Below are positions 19,102 through 28,226 of a stretch of 64,000 nt of DNA, in pieces. The stretch comes from Candidatus Ozemobacteraceae bacterium (GTDB lineage: Bacteria > Muiribacteriota > Ozemobacteria > Ozemobacterales > Ozemobacteraceae): contig OZ223236.1 of assembly GCA_965140445.1 (NCBI GenBank), positions 3,872,001 through 3,936,000 on the forward strand, read 5' to 3'. The translations under genes and the position numbers were made by a program. Position 1 is the stretch's first letter; each line of letters starts with the position of its first letter. The notes under the pieces were generated by a model. The model saw nothing but the letters and a program-made list of their open reading frames with translations. It was not told the DNA's origin and made no database searches.

Positions 19102-20523
19102 ATGAGATATTTTATTCTGATCGTCTTTTTCCTTTCTTTCACCATTTCTTCACAGGCTGCAATAAAAATTCAGTTTGAAGTTAGCAAAATTCATGGACTA
19201 TTTGAGTTTATTGAGGCTATTAGCGGCAACCAAAATAAATGCCAGCAATTTGTCGATCTATACAAAAATAGTGGCTACTATAACGATGAAAACAAAGCTC
19301 TGCTTAATGATTTTCAAAAAATAAAAGAATCCTCAAAAACTTACAATGTTGATAAATTAACTCTGGCAAGCATTAGGTCAGCTGATCTTAAAGAGTTTAA
19401 AGAGAAATCAAAATACGCAGTAAATCTTTTAAAAAGACAAACATATTTTGCCGTTTTGGATAAATTTTCCTTAATTTACGAAGAGCTGATCTGGAACAAA
19501 GAAAAAGAGAAACTTTTCAATTGGCAAAAGCTTCTTACCCGAAAAGTTGCAAAACCTGGCCTGGACAACGATTTTGTCAAAGTTAGAAATTTTCTGGGCT
19601 CTGAATGGCCACTAGATAAACCTTTTAAGATCTATCTGTATGCCATCCCAGGTAAAAACGGAAATTCCAGGGGCAGATCCTTTGGAGGAACTGAAGCAAT
19701 ACAATCAGTTGGGATTCTTGTTGATTCCAAGGAAATAGACCGCCGACTCAGTCTTATTTTCCATGAAATAACCCATTCTTTATTCTCCACAAGACCAGAA
19801 TCAGATAAAAAATTGCTGCTGGAACAATTTAAAAATTCTGGATCAAAAAGCTGGATTCAGGTTTTCTGCCGCCTGTACGAAATACTCCCCACCACAATTG
19901 GTAATGGCTGGGCTTTTGAAAGGATAACAAATAAACTGGATAAATCTCCCTGGTATCAAAATGAATCTCTAGATACCATTTCAAGAGCAATCTACCCATT
20001 TTTTAAAAGTTATATAAAAAACAACAGACAACTCGATCAGGAATTCGTAGATAAACTAATCGAAATTTTTGAAAAAAAATACCCTGATTACGAATCAGCC
20101 TTTGAAAACATATTTTGCGGAGTTCATGTTATTTCCGCAGGGGGCCGATTTAGAGCAAACGACTTGAACAAAGTTCTAAGGGACCATTTTCTATTTTGTG
20201 GCTTTGTGACCAATTCCAGTCCAATTTCTCACCCCATAACCATTTCAATGGCTGCAAAAAGTCCATATACAAACGTTCTGGTAATCCATGAAGGAAACTC
20301 GGACGAATTAATTAAATTTATAGATTCCTTCCCTTTCTTAAAATCATATGGTGAAAAGCTTATGAAAAAGGGATCTAGCTATGCTTTTGCTGCTATTAAT
20401 CCTTCTAAACAAAAATTTGTGATTTTAAAAGCTCAGGATATGAATCAGGTAAAACGTTACTTACGTTTAATCCAGAAAAAAGGAAAACTGGATAAGCAAA
20501 ATCCATTCATTGTTTTTGAATAA
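19102..20523 (+). CDS. secreted zincin-like metalloprotease, putative
   Basis: signal peptide (SQA); HEITH (HExxH) with a downstream Glu. Confidence 0.55.
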   Translation: MRYFILIVFFLSFTISSQAAIKIQFEVSKIHGLFEFIEAISGNQNKCQQFVDLYKNSGYYNDENKALLNDFQKIKESSKTYNVDKLTLASIRSADLKEFKEKSKYAVNLLKRQTYFAVLDKFSLIYEELIWNKEKEKLFNWQKLLTRKVAKPGLDNDFVKVRNFLGSEWPLDKPFKIYLYAIPGKNGNSRGRSFGGTEAIQSVGILVDSKEIDRRLSLIFHEITHSLFSTRPESDKKLLLEQFKNSGSKSWIQVFCRLYEILPTTIGNGWAFERITNKLDKSPWYQNESLDTISRAIYPFFKSYIKNNRQLDQEFVDKLIEIFEKKYPDYESAFENIFCGVHVISAGGRFRANDLNKVLRDHFLFCGFVTNSSPISHPITISMAAKSPYTNVLVIHEGNSDELIKFIDSFPFLKSYGEKLMKKGSSYAFAAINPSKQKFVILKAQDMNQVKRYLRLIQKKGKLDKQNPFIVFE

Positions 20524-20597
20524 AAAAATAATCAACTTTTATAAGCAAACAAATAGCAGTATCTTGTTATCAATTAAAAATTCTATGGAGGAACAAA

Positions 20598-21233
20598 ATG
20601 AAAGTTCTAGCGATTAATGGCAGCCCCAATAAAAATGGAAACACATATCACGCAATCAAACTTGTTGCAGATGAGCTAAAAGAACAGGGAATTGAGACGG
20701 AAATCCTTCATATAGGGAATCAATCTATTAGAGGTTGTATAGCCTGTTACCAGTGCGTAAAAAACAAAGATGAAAAATGCGCCATTTCTAACGATTGTGT
20801 TAATGAATCTATTCAAAAAATGAAAGAAGCTGACGGAATAATTCTTGGTTCCCCAGTGCATTATGCTGCAATGTCAGGAGCAATGAAAGCATTTCTGGAC
20901 AGGTCATTTTTTGTTGCCGGAGTGAACCGAAGCATGTTCAGACATAAAGTTGGAACAGCGGTTGTTGCGGTTAGACGTTCAGGCGGACTCCCAACCTTTA
21001 ATCAGTTAAATAACTTTCTAAATTATTCTGAAATGCTTATGCCAACCTCAAACTACTGGAATGTCATCCACGGAATGGGGCCTGGAGAAGCCTTGAAAGA
21101 TGAAGAGGGCTTGCAGATTATGAGAGTTCTGGGCAAAAATATGGCCTGGCTCATGAAACTTGTTGAAAATGGTAAAGAAACCATAAAGGCACCAGAGCCT
21201 GAAAAGAAGCTTTTGATGAATTTTATCCGATAA
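20598..21233 (+). CDS. flavodoxin-fold iron-sulfur flavoprotein / NAD(P)H-dependent FMN reductase
   Basis: INGSPNKNGNT, GCIACYQC...C, GSPVHY, RRSGG. Confidence 0.88.
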   Translation: MKVLAINGSPNKNGNTYHAIKLVADELKEQGIETEILHIGNQSIRGCIACYQCVKNKDEKCAISNDCVNESIQKMKEADGIILGSPVHYAAMSGAMKAFLDRSFFVAGVNRSMFRHKVGTAVVAVRRSGGLPTFNQLNNFLNYSEMLMPTSNYWNVIHGMGPGEALKDEEGLQIMRVLGKNMAWLMKLVENGKETIKAPEPEKKLLMNFIR

Positions 21234-21244
21234 CCAACCCAACA

Positions 21245-21281
21245 AAACAAAAGGCTCTGTGGTATACAGAGCCTTTTGTTT
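21245..21281 (+). terminator. intrinsic terminator
   Basis: AAAAGGCTCTGT...ACAGAGCCTTTTGTTT. Confidence 0.75.
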
Positions 21282-21375
21282 TTCCACTTCCTTAATTTTC
21301 TCTGGCATGGAAAATAACTACATGTTATAGTCCACAGTTAACTTTTCAAACCACATACGTACGGAGACTCTATCA

Positions 21376-22191
21376 ATGGTAGAATTCTTGCAACAATTCG
21401 GGCCTGTTACTCAAGCCCTTCTCGCTACTCTATTTACCTGGGGCGTAACAGCCGCTGGAGCAGGATTGGTGTTTTTTACCAATTCAATGAATAAAAAGCT
21501 CATGGATTCACTACTTGGCTTTGCTGCAGGCGTAATGATTGCAGCAAGCTTTTGGTCACTTCTCGCACCAGGAATTGAAATGGCTGAGCAAATGGGACAG
21601 ATTCCATGGCTTACAGCTTTAATTGGTTTTATGGCTGGCGGAATTTTTATGAGATTAACTGACAAATATCTGCCACATCTCCACCTTGATAAAGATATGG
21701 ATCATACAGAAGGCGTTAAAACCTCATGGCAAAGAAGTACCCTTCTTGTTCTGGCAATAACTTTGCACAATATTCCAGAGGGGCTTGCAGTTGGTGTTGC
21801 GTTTGGAGCAGTCGCAGCAAATCTTTCTTCTGCAACTCTGGGTGGAGCTATTGCTCTCGCAATTGGTATTGGGTTACAAAACTTTCCAGAAGGTGCAGCA
21901 GTTTCAATGCCCCTTAGACGCGAAGGAATGAGCAAATGGAAAAGCTTTTTGTTGGGCCAGGCTTCTGGCATCGTTGAACCAATCGCTGGGGTTTTTGGTG
22001 CGATGTTTGTTATGAATATGCAGAGCATCTTACCTTACGCCCTTAGTTTCGCAGCCGGAGCAATGATTTTTGTCGTTGTTGAGGAACTTATTCCAGAATC
22101 ACAAAGAAATCCAGACAATATCGATACCGTTACCATGGCGACCATGGCTGGCTTTGCGGTAATGATGGTATTAGACGTAGCTCTAGGCTAA
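21376..22191 (+). CDS. ZIP family (GufA/ZupT) metal transporter
   Basis: GFAAGVMIAASFWSLL, PHLH, LHNIPEG, QNFPEG, EELIPE. Confidence 0.92.
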   Translation: MVEFLQQFGPVTQALLATLFTWGVTAAGAGLVFFTNSMNKKLMDSLLGFAAGVMIAASFWSLLAPGIEMAEQMGQIPWLTALIGFMAGGIFMRLTDKYLPHLHLDKDMDHTEGVKTSWQRSTLLVLAITLHNIPEGLAVGVAFGAVAANLSSATLGGAIALAIGIGLQNFPEGAAVSMPLRREGMSKWKSFLLGQASGIVEPIAGVFGAMFVMNMQSILPYALSFAAGAMIFVVVEELIPESQRNPDNIDTVTMATMAGFAVMMVLDVALG

Positions 22192-22203
22192 ATTAAATAC
22201 AAT

Positions 22204-22242
22204 AAAGTGGCCCCTTCTGAAGGCAGAATCGGGCCACTTTTT
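22204..22242 (+). terminator. intrinsic terminator
   Basis: AAAGTGGCCC...GGGCCACTTTTT. Confidence 0.7.
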
Positions 22243-22300
22243 CGTATCCGCCAAATCTTTGTTATAATCTCATCATCTTTTTATTAAATGGGAGTTCAAA

Positions 22301-22870
22301 ATGAGAAATAGAATTTTATTGGTTTTGGCAATAACTTGCGCCTTAACCTTTGGCCAGGCTAGAGCTGAGACAACTATAAAAACTGGCTCAAATGAAATGG
22401 CATCAAAAAAAGTGATTGAAAATATTTACCCAGAGCTTGAAAACGGCCTCTACCTTATACAGGCTGAATTGAATAAGATCCCCACAAATATTGCCCTACC
22501 AGAAGGATACAAACTGGTAAAATTTTCTTATGACCATCTTTCAACTAGAGAAGATGAAGAATACCGTGAGCCAAGAAACCTCATTATTAAAGCTAAACCA
22601 AATGTAAAACTAATTCTGAATGAATCTCCAGAAATAACACCAGCACCTGGAAAGCATAAGTTCTCGCTTCAATTATCACTAGCAAAAAATGCTGCAAAAG
22701 AATTGGAAGAATTCACCGGCAAAAATGTTAATCGTGGGGTTGCACTTGTTGCAGGCGGGAAGATTCTTACAACTCACACCATAAGATGTGCTATTACCGG
22801 TGGGAAACTACGAATAACCAGATGTAATGATGACGGATGTCAGTTCATTTTCATTAACCTTAAAAAGTAA
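22301..22870 (+). CDS. secreted protein with a SecD/SecF P1-head-like domain
   Basis: signal peptide (ARA); LSLAKNAAKELEEFTGKNVNRGVALVAGGKIL...IRCAITGGKLRIT. Confidence 0.6.
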   Translation: MRNRILLVLAITCALTFGQARAETTIKTGSNEMASKKVIENIYPELENGLYLIQAELNKIPTNIALPEGYKLVKFSYDHLSTREDEEYREPRNLIIKAKPNVKLILNESPEITPAPGKHKFSLQLSLAKNAAKELEEFTGKNVNRGVALVAGGKILTTHTIRCAITGGKLRITRCNDDGCQFIFINLKK

Positions 22871-22885
22871 AAGGCAATTTTTCCT

Positions 22886-22935
22886 AAAACAAAAAAGCGC
22901 CCCAGACAATTTTATCTGGGGCGCTTTTTTGTTTT
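22886..22935. terminator. bidirectional intrinsic terminator
   Basis: AAAACAAAAAAGCGCCCCAGA...TCTGGGGCGCTTTTTTGTTTT between convergent genes. Confidence 0.85.
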
Positions 22936-23612
22936 TAACCTGCTGAATCTTCTGCTTCAATTTTCTTTAAGCGAATTAAAAGCTCTCTATAATATAATTC
23001 ATCCGTATCATTCATTACACTTTCTATAAATTGCTTTGCAGAGCTAACAGTTGCAGCCCCTTTAACGCCATTTGCAATTTCAAACATGGCTAAAGCCATT
23101 GGGCGCCTATTTAATCTTAAATTTCTGTATTCAGGATTATTTAAATTTGAAATCGCCTGATTGGAAGCACCCGCAAAATCCTGCTTTCTAATCTTTTCAA
23201 AGACTTCTCTAATCTCCAATAAAGATTGGATTTCCATAATAGCATTAGCCAAAAAAAGCTTTGCCTCTTCAGAGTCTGATTTAATGTTTCTTAGACGTTT
23301 ACCCAGCTCTTCAAGCTTGTATGATGTCTTTAAGATTCCTTCTGACATATCTAGAGAAATATTTCCCAGCTCTACTGAGTTTTGCAGAATTTCAAAACTC
23401 TTAACCATCTTAGGGTTAGAAAATTCTGGCTTCAACTTTTCAACAAATTTAGCAGCTTTTCTATAATCACCTGCAGCGATACACATAGTGGCTTTTTTAA
23501 GCCCATCTTTCACACGTTCTTTGCGCAGATTATATCGGAAGTAAAAAGCAAGCGGTATGGCAACCATTGCTAACAGCGTTAAAATAAGAACGTTTCTTTT
23601 GCTTACTTTCAT
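22935..23612 (-). CDS. hypothetical membrane-anchored helical protein
   Basis: N-terminal TM helix, helical/TPR-like remainder. Confidence 0.6.
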   Translation of the reverse strand: MKVSKRNVLILTLLAMVAIPLAFYFRYNLRKERVKDGLKKATMCIAAGDYRKAAKFVEKLKPEFSNPKMVKSFEILQNSVELGNISLDMSEGILKTSYKLEELGKRLRNIKSDSEEAKLFLANAIMEIQSLLEIREVFEKIRKQDFAGASNQAISNLNNPEYRNLRLNRRPMALAMFEIANGVKGAATVSSAKQFIESVMNDTDELYYRELLIRLKKIEAEDSAG

Positions 23613-23633
23613 TTTAAATGCTTCCTAAAATGT

Positions 23634-23666
23634 TAAAAGTCCTCCAGAAGTTCTGGAGGACTTTTA
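23634..23666 (-). terminator. intrinsic terminator after the LysM gene
   Basis: TAAAAGTCCTCCAGAA-G-TTCTGGAGGACTTTTA perfect inverted repeat. Confidence 0.8.
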
Positions 23667-23676
23667 TTATATCAAA

Positions 23677-25767
23677 TTAATCCCAGCGATGATTTACACC
23701 GAAGATAACTCCTACATCATGACCGTAACCCCAGTCTTTTTCAAGAGCAATCGGGAATCCGATCTGTCCCTGCCAGTCTCCGTTAAAGATCAGGAAACCA
23801 AGCAAAAGGTCTGTATTTGTATCATCAGGACCGTTATCCATTTCATAAGTCGTGTTGTTCAACTCACCCACAATTGAGAAATTGTGATTAACGCGATAAT
23901 CCATACCAGCTCTCAAAATGTATTTTGCAATACTGTCTTCCGAGTCATTGGCAAGAGACACGTTTAAGTGACTATTCCAGCGATCATTAACCTTTCCAGA
24001 ATATGCACCACCAACTTCTACCCAGGCACCGCGGGTTGCTTCAGCAGGACCAACTCTAACGCCTGTTCGACTTCTTCCAGTCATATTGGCAAGAGGCTGA
24101 TGATAGTTATCCCCAGGGAATCTTCCTTCCACATGGAGAGTTACTGCATGTGTTCCTTCAAGGTTTTTCCAGATCTGATAACCAACTTTCAGGCTTGGAT
24201 CATGGATTCCAGAAAGGCTAACAGTGTTTCCACCACCAGACTGTCTAACTTCCCAGCTCTGGAAAGGAACTGTCAAGCCAGCGAAAAGCTTTTTGCCAGT
24301 ATACATTATATGAAGTGGCATATAGCTTTCATTACCTTCAATAACATTCTGAACGCCGTTCAAATACTGATATTTTTCATATTTATACTGGAAACCAACG
24401 TGCCAGGTTGAAATGTAAGGAATCAAAGCGGATTCAACTTCGAACAGGCCATGGTAACCACGAAGGTTAGCGAAGTATGGGCTGAAATCGGTAGGCTTCA
24501 TTTCATCTGGAATTCTGTATCTTTCCTCACGATAGAGCTCGCGGGTTCCAACTGCTACTGGAGAAGATGGAGCCATAGAAGGTGCAGGAATCGGAGCACT
24601 CATATACGGAGCCGGAGGAGGTGTAAGAGACCCTGGCACCGAAATTGGCGGTGGAGGAGTCAAATCAGAATTCATTGGTGCAGGCGGAGGTGTCATGTTT
24701 CCGCTTGAATACATTGGAGGAGCCTGAGGTGGAGCATAAGAGTCCATCACCTGAGGCGCTGGAGGACGCATTCCATAAGGTTCATTACTAACTGGAGGTG
24801 GTGGTGGAGGCATCAATGGAGGAGGATCAAAAGATGGTTCACTAACACTTGGTTCAACAGCAGCCATAGGAGCTTGAGCAACTTGATATGGCTGAGCATA
24901 CTGAACTTGAACAGATGGAGCCGTTGGGTTGTTCATAGCTCTTGGTGCTTCATACATTGGTGGAGCAACAACAGGTGTAACAACAGGAGGGGCCATTACT
25001 GTCTCAACAGGTTCAGCACCAGGAATAGTCAGTTTATCACCAACACGTAAGTTGTTTGGATTAATCTGTGGGTTGGCACGAGCAATTTCTCTCCAACGCT
25101 TTGAAGAACCCAAAATTCTCTTGGCTATCTTACCAAGGGTGTCGCCACGTTTTACAACGTAACCACCACCAACCTGGCCATAAAAGCTCGCATCTGCTTC
25201 AGCTGCGTCAGCAGAAACTGAAGGAGCAGGAGATTCGTCGATTTCATGATCGGGAATATCAAACTCTTCTTGATGAGTAGCCCTTGCCATGTGCTGAGTC
25301 GCTTGCGCTGCAACAGATTGGTTTGCGCTTGATTCACTTGCATGAGTAACAAGTCTCTGGCCAACATAGATTCTGTTTCCATTTTCTATGTTGTTTAGAA
25401 CCATCAAATCCTGCCATTTGTCAGGGTTACCATATACTCTCATTGCAATCTTAGGAAGAGTATCTCCAGCTTTTACAACATAAAAGCCTTCCTGATTTCT
25501 AACAGCAGTGTTTGAGTTTCGCGACTGTCTAGGCGGTTCTACAGGTGCTCGGTAGTTAGCCTGGCCAAGAGGTTGAGCTACAACCTTCGGCGGAGCCATC
25601 ATAAGTTGAGTTTGAGCCGTTCGAGCAGCCGGACCGACTTCCTCCCAACCCGCCTGAGCTGGACCAGTCTGTGCCCGGCCAATAAGCGGCGTAGAAAACA
25701 GCAAACCAGCTGCAATCAACGCGGCAAGGACCGGATCCTTGGCCCGGAAAGAGTTAAACCTAATCAT
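23677..25767 (-). CDS. secreted protein: two LysM domains, Pro-rich linker, C-terminal beta-barrel-like domain
   Basis: YVVKAGDTL..IA and YVVKRGDTL..IA LysM motifs; about 150-aa Pro-rich tract; alternating aromatic beta-strands ending FGVNHRWD; GGAGGT RBS. Confidence 0.8.
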   Translation of the reverse strand: MIRFNSFRAKDPVLAALIAAGLLFSTPLIGRAQTGPAQAGWEEVGPAARTAQTQLMMAPPKVVAQPLGQANYRAPVEPPRQSRNSNTAVRNQEGFYVVKAGDTLPKIAMRVYGNPDKWQDLMVLNNIENGNRIYVGQRLVTHASESSANQSVAAQATQHMARATHQEEFDIPDHEIDESPAPSVSADAAEADASFYGQVGGGYVVKRGDTLGKIAKRILGSSKRWREIARANPQINPNNLRVGDKLTIPGAEPVETVMAPPVVTPVVAPPMYEAPRAMNNPTAPSVQVQYAQPYQVAQAPMAAVEPSVSEPSFDPPPLMPPPPPPVSNEPYGMRPPAPQVMDSYAPPQAPPMYSSGNMTPPPAPMNSDLTPPPPISVPGSLTPPPAPYMSAPIPAPSMAPSSPVAVGTRELYREERYRIPDEMKPTDFSPYFANLRGYHGLFEVESALIPYISTWHVGFQYKYEKYQYLNGVQNVIEGNESYMPLHIMYTGKKLFAGLTVPFQSWEVRQSGGGNTVSLSGIHDPSLKVGYQIWKNLEGTHAVTLHVEGRFPGDNYHQPLANMTGRSRTGVRVGPAEATRGAWVEVGGAYSGKVNDRWNSHLNVSLANDSEDSIAKYILRAGMDYRVNHNFSIVGELNNTTYEMDNGPDDTNTDLLLGFLIFNGDWQGQIGFPIALEKDWGYGHDVGVIFGVNHRWD

Positions 25768-25804
25768 CTCTGACCTCCAGGTCTTACCAGAAATATAAAG
25801 TTAA

Positions 25805-26860
25805 TCATAGTTTCCAGAATTTTTTAAATTGGCCTATCAGCAATTTTGAATAGCTATACCAATCGGCATAAGAAATTAATTCTTCTTTTTTTCCACTATC
25901 GACAGTTGGGATTAAATTCTTGAGCATTAAAGTTGCGTGATTTGAAATGGCTCTTGCCATGGATGTAGATGGAGTGCCGCCTTCAAGGACAGAAATTATT
26001 TTTCCATCGCAATACTTTTCCGCAAATTTCTTTATCATCAAAACAGTATCGATTAACCCTCTTTCGCTAAGCAAAATGTGGGATGAGGGGTCTTCTGCAA
26101 GAACATTTGTTCCATAAGACAAAATTATAAATTGTGGACAAAACTGGTTAAGTATCTTCGTCAGCACTTCTTTAATGGCTACACGATACTCTCTGTCGCC
26201 ATATCCAGATGGAAGCGGGAAATTTAAATTGTAACCCTGTGAGCCCTTAACACCAGTTTCTTCGTAATGGCCCGTTCCTGATACTCCAGGATATTCATGA
26301 AAAGAAACCGTCATTACATCTTTTCGCTCGTAAAAAATTTCCTGGGTTCCTTTGCCGTGCTCTGCATCAAGATCAAGAATTAAAACTCTCTTAAGTTGAT
26401 GCTTTTTAATTAAGTAATGAGCTCCTACAGCGGCTGGATTAACCAGACTTCCATAGCCAAAGGAAGAAATGCCAGCATGATGACCAGGCATTGCAGTTAA
26501 ACAGAAAGCGGATTTATATCGCCCTTCCATAACATGGTCAACAGCATCAAGAACTTCTCCAGCGCCATATCTGGCAATCTCAAATGATTTCCTGATTAGC
26601 GGTGTATGGGAATCAAGTTGTTCCACTCCACTGTAACTTCTTCTATGAAGATCATTTAGATATTCAGGGTCGTGAATATCCCTAAGTCTTTTCATTGGTG
26701 CAATATCGGATTCCAGGTATAAATCATCCCAGAGTCCATCAGCGGTTAGTTGATCGATTGCCAATGAGAGACGACCCCCTTCTTTTCTTTCGGTAAGGGG
26801 GTCGTGCTCAAGCAGCTTGGGGTGAAACAGTATCACCCCTCCTGAATTGGTTGTTTCCAT
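25805..26860 (-). CDS. histone deacetylase (HDAC/AcuC/APAH) fold protein with degenerate active site
   Basis: IHDPEY, PGHHA, LDLDAEHGKGTQEIFY, SFHEYPG..GTG, NLNFPLP, SVLEGGT. Confidence 0.85.
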   Translation of the reverse strand: METTNSGGVILFHPKLLEHDPLTERKEGGRLSLAIDQLTADGLWDDLYLESDIAPMKRLRDIHDPEYLNDLHRRSYSGVEQLDSHTPLIRKSFEIARYGAGEVLDAVDHVMEGRYKSAFCLTAMPGHHAGISSFGYGSLVNPAAVGAHYLIKKHQLKRVLILDLDAEHGKGTQEIFYERKDVMTVSFHEYPGVSGTGHYEETGVKGSQGYNLNFPLPSGYGDREYRVAIKEVLTKILNQFCPQFIILSYGTNVLAEDPSSHILLSERGLIDTVLMIKKFAEKYCDGKIISVLEGGTPSTSMARAISNHATLMLKNLIPTVDSGKKEELISYADWYSYSKLLIGQFKKFWKL

Positions 26861-26864
26861 AAAC

Positions 26865-27041
26865 TCAGGCAGAAAATGCCGTCAGCATAAGCTCTCTTTC
26901 CATGCAGTCTTCGGGAAGGCTCATTGGGTCAAAGGCACGCTGAGTAGCTTTTTCCTCTTTCTTTGATTTTTTGCGCTCATCAGACCAGCGCAGGAATGAA
27001 TGATGATTAATTCTAGACATTGTGAAGTTGAGAAGTTCCAT
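26865..27041 (-). CDS. 58-aa small protein, first gene of a putative operon
   Basis: AAGGAGG RBS, ATG 27041; stop 4 nt before the HDAC-like start. Confidence 0.6.
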   Translation of the reverse strand: MELLNFTMSRINHHSFLRWSDERKKSKKEEKATQRAFDPMSLPEDCMERELMLTAFSA

Positions 27042-27078
27042 ACTCGATACTTCCTCCTTGTTTAACTCTCTATAATTT

Positions 27079-27107
27079 ATATCGGCATTATTTATAAAAT
27101 AGTTTAG
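27079..27107 (-). promoter_or_regulatory. sigma28/SigD (FliA)-type promoter
   Basis: CTAAA-N16-GCCGATAT on the minus strand, just after the upstream terminator and 38 nt before ATG 27041. Confidence 0.65.
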
Positions 27108-27127
27108 CAACCAACTAAAATAGACAT

Positions 27128-27167
27128 AAAAAAATAGAGCTTCCCGATAGCTCGGAAAGCTCTATTT
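27128..27167 (-). terminator. intrinsic terminator
   Basis: AAATAGAGCTT...AAGCTCTATTT with a U tract on the minus strand. Confidence 0.75.
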
Positions 27168-27182
27168 AATATAGGTTTAAAG

Positions 27183-28136
27183 TTATTTTGCTCCAGATTT
27201 TTCTACTGTGCTTTTGTATTCTTCATAAGCTTGTCGATAGTTAATCATTAAATCTTTAACCTTTTCAGGATCACTATCTGGCTTTGTGACAGCATCAGTA
27301 TATTCTTTGTAATATTGTTCATAAGCCATTTTTTTGGTTTGAATATCATCGCTCACCACGATTTCCTGATTATTTGCCCCAACAATATCAACTGTATTCT
27401 TCCTGGCTTCAGGAGTAGATTCTTCAGTATTATCTGCAACGCTAACAGATTCAGTATCAGATGCATTGCTACCACTTGCTGCGTAAGCTTCATACCCTTT
27501 TTTAAGGGCTTTTTTACCAATCCAGCGACCGATACCACCAAAAATCCATTTTCCTAATTTACTTCCCAGATAAGCTGCGGAAACCGTTCCTAGTATAGGA
27601 ATAGCCCATGCTCCTGTTCCTGCAAGTAAGGCAATACCAGCTGCTGCACCAATGGTTCCGCCGACAAGATCACCCACAACAGCGCCTATTCCTTCAGCTG
27701 TAAGCGAGGCTTTATTTACTGATTTAATCGCATCCTTTACCGCTTGAAGGTCAATCTTCTTTTTGTCTTTAAGCTTCATTGTCGCCAATTGTTCCCCAAT
27801 GGGCTTGACGAGGGTTTTAGTAATAATGTCGCCGATTCTAAATCCGATCATGGCACCCATCCCAGCCGCAACCGGGCCACCGATGCCTGCGCCAATAACA
27901 TATCCGCACGCCGCACCAATTGCGCCACCAGCTTTTCCGGCAACAAACCCAGCTACTTTTCCAGCTATTTTTGTTAGCCACCAGTCTCTTTGCTTTAATT
28001 CTTCAACTTTTTGAGCTGTTTTGGCTTTTAAAGAGTCAAATAATCCTGCCTCTGCAACGCTAACAAATGGCGAGAATAGAATCACCAGCGCAAGAAGCGC
28101 ACTTAGTCGCATTAAGGTTTTTCTAGATTTTATCAT
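27183..28136 (-). CDS. secreted glycine-zipper protein
   Basis: signal peptide (AEA); two GxxxG-rich hydrophobic blocks; probable start ATG 28136. Confidence 0.65.
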   Translation of the reverse strand: MIKSRKTLMRLSALLALVILFSPFVSVAEAGLFDSLKAKTAQKVEELKQRDWWLTKIAGKVAGFVAGKAGGAIGAACGYVIGAGIGGPVAAGMGAMIGFRIGDIITKTLVKPIGEQLATMKLKDKKKIDLQAVKDAIKSVNKASLTAEGIGAVVGDLVGGTIGAAAGIALLAGTGAWAIPILGTVSAAYLGSKLGKWIFGGIGRWIGKKALKKGYEAYAASGSNASDTESVSVADNTEESTPEARKNTVDIVGANNQEIVVSDDIQTKKMAYEQYYKEYTDAVTKPDSDPEKVKDLMINYRQAYEEYKSTVEKSGAK

Positions 28137-28226
28137 GTTAAAGTCCCGAGTTTTCTTTTTATTGTAAGGAAAAAAGCTGCTTCCCGCAATGTACAATAAC
28201 CTGACATTAAGAGTGTGGAAAAACAA

